Assembly (NCBI GenBank): GCA_973895155.1
Contig: OZ316894.1
Coordinates: 12,688,828 to 12,752,827 of the forward strand
From: Marsupella aquatica
Taxonomy: Eukaryota; Plantae; Marchantiophyta
Length of the DNA: 64,000 nt
Direction of reading: 5' to 3'
The position numbers and the translations under genes were made by a program. Below, in pieces: positions 57,538 to 64,000 of the stretch (the stretch's first letter is position 1; each line of letters begins with the position of its first letter). Under the pieces are notes generated by a model. The model did no database searches and had not been told where the DNA came from. It saw only the letters and a program-made list of their open reading frames with translations.

Positions 57538-60500
57538 GCCAAATCATTTGCCTCGTAAATCCGACTTGTATCTCGCAAGTTGCACCTTGATTGTCCTCTA
57601 GGCTGCTGCTGCTCCCCAGCGTAATTAGGCTCGTAGGCTGCTGTCAACGAAAGCCATCGCAAAAGTTTGCGAAATTTTACGGTGATCCGCAAATCTGCGT
57701 GCTGAGCGTGTACGAATTGTTTAACTGCCGTCTCTTTAGAACCAGATATTCGCCTAAATCTGGCCCCCCGAGTAGCTTAATATGTGGGTGGGTGCTTTTT
57801 TGCACGAGATGTCACGTGTCACGAGAAACCTTTCGTGACTACTTACATTTTTGCAGCACGGCAAAATAAATTTTCTATCCGCATGAAGACCGTAATTTGC
57901 AAACACAATTCATAAACATGCCTGGTGCGGTGACAATTCTTGTGTTCGAGTAACAAACATTTGAGAACAAAGTGAAGTAAGAAGGGTGCAATTCTGTGAT
58001 AGCTTCATTGGCTATGTTAAGATCTAGCACTCTTGCCCCAGTCCAAGTTCTCCTATTTGGAAAAGTCTACTTTACTGTTGAGAATAATTTGCACCAGCCC
58101 AATCCCTGTACACTGCAGGGAACATGTTGAGCACAAAGAATTTTTTTGCTCATGGAGTTGTTGTGGCGCCATGGTGTTATGGCATGCAGTCAGTGCCCGC
58201 GCATTGATGTCATTGTGAAAAAGTTTTTTGTGGTGGCGGTGTGATATTATAGCCATGTTGTTGCAAAAGTGATGAGGCTGAGGGAGACAGGCAATGGCAG
58301 CTGAGGCAAGAAAGTGGAGGATGATATTTCCAATCCCTTGGGCCTTCCCTCCTCTCCCTCCCCTTCCTCTCCTCTCCCCTCCCCAGTCCCCCACTCTCCC
58401 CTTCCTTGCCCTGACCCCCCCTGACCTCTGTCGCGTTGATTGGCTGGCGAGGACAGCATTGAGGCGAGGCAAGGGCACAGGATTTGTAGTTCATTGGATC
58501 ATTTTTCCTGATTTGTTGGGTGACCTTAATAAGTTAGGATATGATTCATGTGAGTTTTCGCTGCATCAAAAGTCCGAGAAAGTTTCTTTTCAAGTAAATT
58601 GGGCATGTATATGAGTTGTTGTAAATTCAGCTCTTCATTCTGCCAGCTGATCAAAACGGGGAAGTTTGAGGGTGTAAAGTTTGCTCTTCATGTAGGATCC
58701 GGGACACAGTTCATCTATGTTTGTGTAACTCTCCTCGTCTTGTCCATCTCCTTTGTTTATATGATGTGTAAATTACTTGTATAACTTGTCAGGGTAGCCT
58801 GTAGTTTGGTGAAAATGTTCTTCTCTTCATTGGGATTTGAAAGTATGTTTAGGGTTTAGGGTTTGCACCCACCTCTTTGCGACAAAATAATGGAGAAATA
58901 CTAAACCACATTTTTCCAACACATGGCACGCCCCTGCAATCATCTAGGCTTTGCTCAATCAAAGCTTTACGCTCCACATCGCGTACTGATGGTGAAAGTA
59001 ATGAAAAAATACCAACAACACTCCACACACAAGGGCCGTCAGTGATGAATTAGTCCACCAGCAATAGCAATAGCAATTGCGCCAAACGGTCGCAATCTAC
59101 GGTAGGGAGATAGTTCCTGCACAGTGCTTCCCGCAAGAGTAATCCGATCTAGGAGCCCCTCCGTGCAGAGCCATCCGATCTCCATCTACCTTACGGAAGT
59201 GGCCCACAAAGGCTCCCTAGCGACCTGGCAGCGCAGACAGCTGGGCGGCGAGTATTACGCGCAGCCTCTTTTAAGAAGCACCGTACAGAAACCATGTGGA
59301 AGTGCATAAGTTTCTTCATGAGGAATACTCTGGGCAACAGATTATTTCGTGCGTACCTGCGAAGGCTAATAGGATAAAAAATAACCTCTGGCTTAAAGTT
59401 CATTCCCCTACTCCCATGCAAATCCCTTCCAGACTCCCTTCCACGACTGCTGGATCTCACAACTTGAAGTGCGTGTTTATTGTCCCACAAATATTGTCCA
59501 CCCGCCAAGAATTTGACTGCAATGTGTACCAACACCTCGAATAGGTGATTCATATCCAACGAAACCCAAGATATCCCAACGCCAGCAACAGGCAGTCGTA
59601 TCTAGCTGTAAATATCGCCGCATAGTAGAATGCGTGGAATCCGTATTATAGTAGAAAATAATAATACGGATACCCTAAACCTTTCTTAATGGATTCCACA
59701 TCGGTCCAGAAGGTAGGTATAAGTCGATTTCGCTAGGCTTTCTAAGGAAAGCTGACAACCTGTCCTCTGGTTAGAGTCGGGTAAGTCTGTTCTTTGCTTA
59801 ATTTCTTAGCTCCTGTAAAATTAGTCTCGATCAGTCTGTTCATTGATAGACGTAATCAAGGTGGAATTCCCAGTCCATACGTATAGTTCAACTGAGGATG
59901 ATTCAAACCTATTATTAATATACAGAAAACATGAAATTGTGGACTTTAATTCTTGACCTCTGCAGTGCTCTCCGTGGACACCAGCTAGGGATGGCGCCAT
60001 GTACATCCCTCTCACAGAACAACCTAGCTCCCAGGAGAAACAAGGGTTTCGTTAGCTGGATCCGCTTCAGCAAATGGAAGACTTCGGCAAGTGCACTGCA
60101 ATGCAGATGAGAAAATGAAATCCAGATGCGTCGGACCTAGAAGCCATATTCTTCAATCACAACAGGTTCACTACAGGTTCACTTCTAAAAACAGTCAATG
60201 CAGAACTCCGTGAAAAAGGAGATATACGAAAGCCTTGGTGAACAGCGTCAGAGAAATGCAGCGTCGCCATTCTCAGGTCTGGGAAGCAACAAGTCCAAGC
60301 TTACACGGACGGGAGCCGCAATAGCTCGAATTACAAATCTCTGAAGGTTATTACCCTTAATGTGACTTACTCAAGTTAAATGGAATATTTGGAAATAAAA
60401 ACGCATTTCCGAGTACTTCAGAATCATAGCTAGATTCAAAGCCAAATCGATGCATGAACCAGGCCACTCGGCCAAAATGAACAATTCCATCCCTTCCAGC

Positions 60501-60625
60501 TGGCAAAGTGATTGGGTATGGTATTGGCAAAACTGCACTAGTGGACTTACTACTAGTAAACCCACTTCGTTTCATCGAAAGACTTTCGTCATTGTCAGTA
60601 ACAAGACCATCATCACGGCCGCCTA

Positions 60626-62127
60626 CTAACCGCCTCCACCACCGTAGGTCTTTCCGAGGAAAATTAACTGAAGCTGATCGTAACCAGCCAGGACTCCAGC
60701 CCCAGCAACAGCACGCAAAATGTTGGCACCGGCACCCTTGAACAGTGACTTATATCCTTCCTTGGCGATAATAGCTTTGAAAGCCTGGAGGGAGCTCGCG
60801 TACTTCGTCGCCTCACCGGAAGTCATCATCATCCGACGACGCACGGTATCAATGGGATAGGAAGCAAGTCCAGCGCCAATAGTGATACCCCATCCAAGTA
60901 AGAAACTGGCCAAGAAGTTGCCCTGCAAGGTGAAAAATGCATCAAAACGATGTCGGTCAACCTTTCACTCTTGCACGTCATGGAGCATAGAAGGAGATCG
61001 GACCTCGACATAATAGCATTCCACATTATCTCCGTAGGCTTACGATGTAATAATCAGATGTAAACGAAAATGGGAAGGCAAAGGAAATATCAAGAAAATG
61101 AAAACAAAATCCAAATAACACGACGCTTACCTCCAGGTTCCCAGTCAACAGAACTGGCTTCAGGGAATCGTACATTCCGAAGTAAAGACCACGATAAACA
61201 ATGATACCAACGCAAGAAATGTTGAATCCTCGGTACAATCCGGCGAGACCATCGCTAGCTAAAGTCTTCTTGTACACATCTAGTAGACCATTGAACTGAC
61301 GTTCACCTCCTCCCTTTTTGGAAGACTTTGCGTCGTTAGCAAGACGGGTACGGGCATAATCCAGAGAGTAGACGAACAACAGGGAAGAAGCACCGGCAGC
61401 ACCTCCTGAGGCAAGGTTCCCGGCAAACCACTTCCAGTAGCCATCTCGATCCTTCTTGTATCCGAAGAGCTTCTTGAAGTAGTCCTTGAAAGCGAAGTTC
61501 AGGGCCTACAGAGGTCACACAATGTACATGTCAGACGGAAAATTTTCTAAAGCGACTTCAATTGGATATTGGGAGTCAATCCATTGACACTGCACCCGCC
61601 TACAACGTACTCATCGCAAAGAGATTTCTTACCTGAGTGGGGAAATACCGCAACACATTGGCCAAATTACCACGCCATAGAGCAATCACTCCTTCCTCCC
61701 GAATTGTTCGACTGAAACACTCTCCGATTCCTTTGTAGGGCTCCGACAGTCGACCTGATTTGAGCATCTCATCCTGGTTCTGGATAAGGAGCTTCACTCG
61801 CTCAATGGGAGCAGCTGCTGTTTTGGAGACTGCAGCCGACACTCCTCCCATGAGAAAATCAATCAAGAACCCCTTCACTCCTTTCTCAGCTGGTGCTGGG
61901 ACAAAGAAATCGGACTTCACCGAAGGCAACATGCTTGGCCCTTGTGACAGATCAATCGGGCACAAAGGATTGTAGAAAGAAGACTTCTTGGGAAGAACGC
62001 TAGCGGTTCCGAAGACTCCATAGTTTAGCTCAGGCACGACGACGCTCCTCCTCGGAACTAGCTTCGACCCCAGATAAGTGTGCCCGACGAACTTTTGGGC
62101 CAACGTTGGAAACTGCGGTCTCTCCAT
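60626..62127 (-). CDS. AAC: Mitochondrial ADP/ATP carrier with plant N-terminal extension, 3 coding exons
   Basis: Exons 62127-61633, 61505-61131 and 60922-60626. They give [57 protein letters not shown] and the RRRMMM signature. An acceptor at ~62141 suggests a long 5'UTR intron. Confidence 0.97.
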
Positions 62128-64000
62128 TTCCGATCAATGTCTGCCAATCACACAACCATCAGCAGCGGCGACGACACAATACCATAGCTAAACAGCACTA
62201 AATCAGGACTATGCGAAGACAACATGGATTAAAACCTAGAAGAAACCTAGCGAGTACGACTAAAGCCATACAAAGTGTCAAGCAGTCAAAGCGAATCTTC
62301 CCATGACTCGCATTCGTGTTATCCTCTCTTACCGCGGGAGAGATGACTAGCATTCTTGTGAGTTTCAGAACTCTTATATTTAGTTCCACAAAGGGTAACA
62401 CGGCCCTCTGCAATTGCAATACTCGATGACCAACTACATCTACAGGACGGGCAAACCTTGACTCCCGCTCAATTGTGGTAGCGTTGACTTCGAAAAGCGG
62501 TTGTCAACACGGAGGGACCCGGTAGTCTTTTTGTCAGTACAAGCACCACGACAAGATCAACGACTGATCCAACGTAACACAACAGATGTCACGACGAAAC
62601 GATTCCGCTAGGAACGTTAGATAGAACATCGGACATACCCTACAGACGAAGCCATAGTCCACGATGTGCTCGGCACTAGCTAGACATCGATTCTTCGCTC
62701 GTCGAAGTATCTGGCCAGTGTGCTCTCACAGGATGTAAACTTTCGATTAACACTATGAATCTACAGATATGAAGAAAGACAACCGACCGCTTGACACTGA
62801 GCCGCATTCCGATAACTCCACTTCGAGTCAGTTTAGGAAGTTGGCGAGCGAGATCATGCGGAGAGACCACCCCTCCAAGCTTTCTAAAATATTCTGCTCC
62901 TGCCGAAAGAGAAAGCTCTCGAATAAACCATCTAAGTCCAAGCAGGTGGACATCCTACTAGATCTAGCCTTGGGTAAACACAAAGTCTCAAGCTGAGACC
63001 ATAGAAACGTCGCTAGAAATTCAACTCCTCTGCTATCCCTGCTCTGAACATAACATGAGTGGCTCGCACTGTGAGAAGCCATGTATTGCTCATACACCCA
63101 GCTCAACTGGCTAGCCCAAACGTATTGACGAAGCTTAGTGTCGAAACTGCATCAACATGCCATCGAATGCATTCCACAATAACACACGAAGAAAAACAGT
63201 CCAAAAAGCACACAAGAAGCATGGATTTGGTCAAATGAAATGGAGCAGCCATAGACTGCTCCTCCACACTTCTGGATAACTATGCCACGTGGCCTTGCAG
63301 CCCAATATTGGCGCATGGAGCACTCAAAAACAGTCGATAGCAAGGGAGGCACACCGTGAGATCTAGGACCCCACTTCGAGACCAGGGCAAGGACTACGTA
63401 GATCGGAAGTCGACACTATCTAACACGGGTATACCTCACTACTCCAAGGGAGAGATCGACTGTTGCGGGGCGCCCTCACCTCAACATTACGTCGATCGCG
63501 ATGGATCCAGCAAACCAGGCTAGAACCTAGCCGCCCGGCTGCCGATCCAAGAGACTGCGAGACGCTTACAAAACCTAGCTACTACAGAAGACACTATAAA
63601 GTCAGCGCGAGCACCAGTTGCGCTCATCCCGTCGTTTCAACAGCCACACGTCGACCGTTCAAATGCAAAATGCAGAAGGCAAACTTTATAACACAGGGGC
63701 ACGTCCAGCGTAAGGAAGTGGATGGACAAAAGGGAAAACCTCTGTCAATGCGTACGTCCGCCCGTAACCAAGCCCTCGACGTAGGCGCAGGACAACACTC
63801 GAATCAATCCTTCATTGCGGAAAGCAGTTCAAATCTGACGACGAACATCAGGCGACCAAAGCCAGATCGATCCCCCAAGCACCCGTCCGTGTCAAGGAAA
63901 TGGAGGGCGGGATGTGCAGCTGGACAAAACAAAGCTAGACTCATTCCACATGAACGACCCCGAAACCACTATACAGACGGAGAAAACGACACATCCGACC

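Noticed and set aside
58053-58614. Gly/Arg-rich or Pro-rich ORFs around a polypyrimidine tract
   Set aside because: A low-complexity C/T tract (58343-58420) explains the open frames. No protein signature.
58971-59705. snRNA USE-like elements (CCACATCG at ~58974 and ~59695)
   Set aside because: Imperfect match to RTCCCACATCG, no correctly spaced TATA box, and no recognisable snRNA downstream.

Overview
Eukaryotic nuclear DNA from a land plant. The spliced genes, Tx1/L1-type LINE and PSTALRE-type CDKB suggest a bryophyte-grade (non-seed) plant, which is inference. Recognisable intron-containing genes are a 13-exon GH1 beta-glucosidase (-), ARP7 (-), the splicing factor CCDC12/Cwf18 (+), CDKB (+, with an apparent 1-nt frameshift) and a mitochondrial ADP/ATP carrier (-). 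A truncated SOUL heme-binding pseudogene is also present. Transposon-rich blocks separate the genes: a LINE with a nested 8-bp-TSD MITE, a full-length but decayed PIF/Harbinger element, solo LTRs, tRNA-derived SINE heads and a decayed pogo/Tigger element. Two things stand out. (1) The pogo-like DD33D transposase ends in a tandemly duplicated PCNA-binding PIP box and is followed on the same strand by a BRCT-domain frame resembling X-family polymerase BRCTs, possibly a transposon carrying replication and repair docking modules. (2) An unannotated spliced gene at ~38.3-39.9 kb encodes a globular domain whose C-terminus resembles CudA/STAT-like beta-sandwich DNA-binding domains. Exon boundaries were read by eye and no database searches were run.
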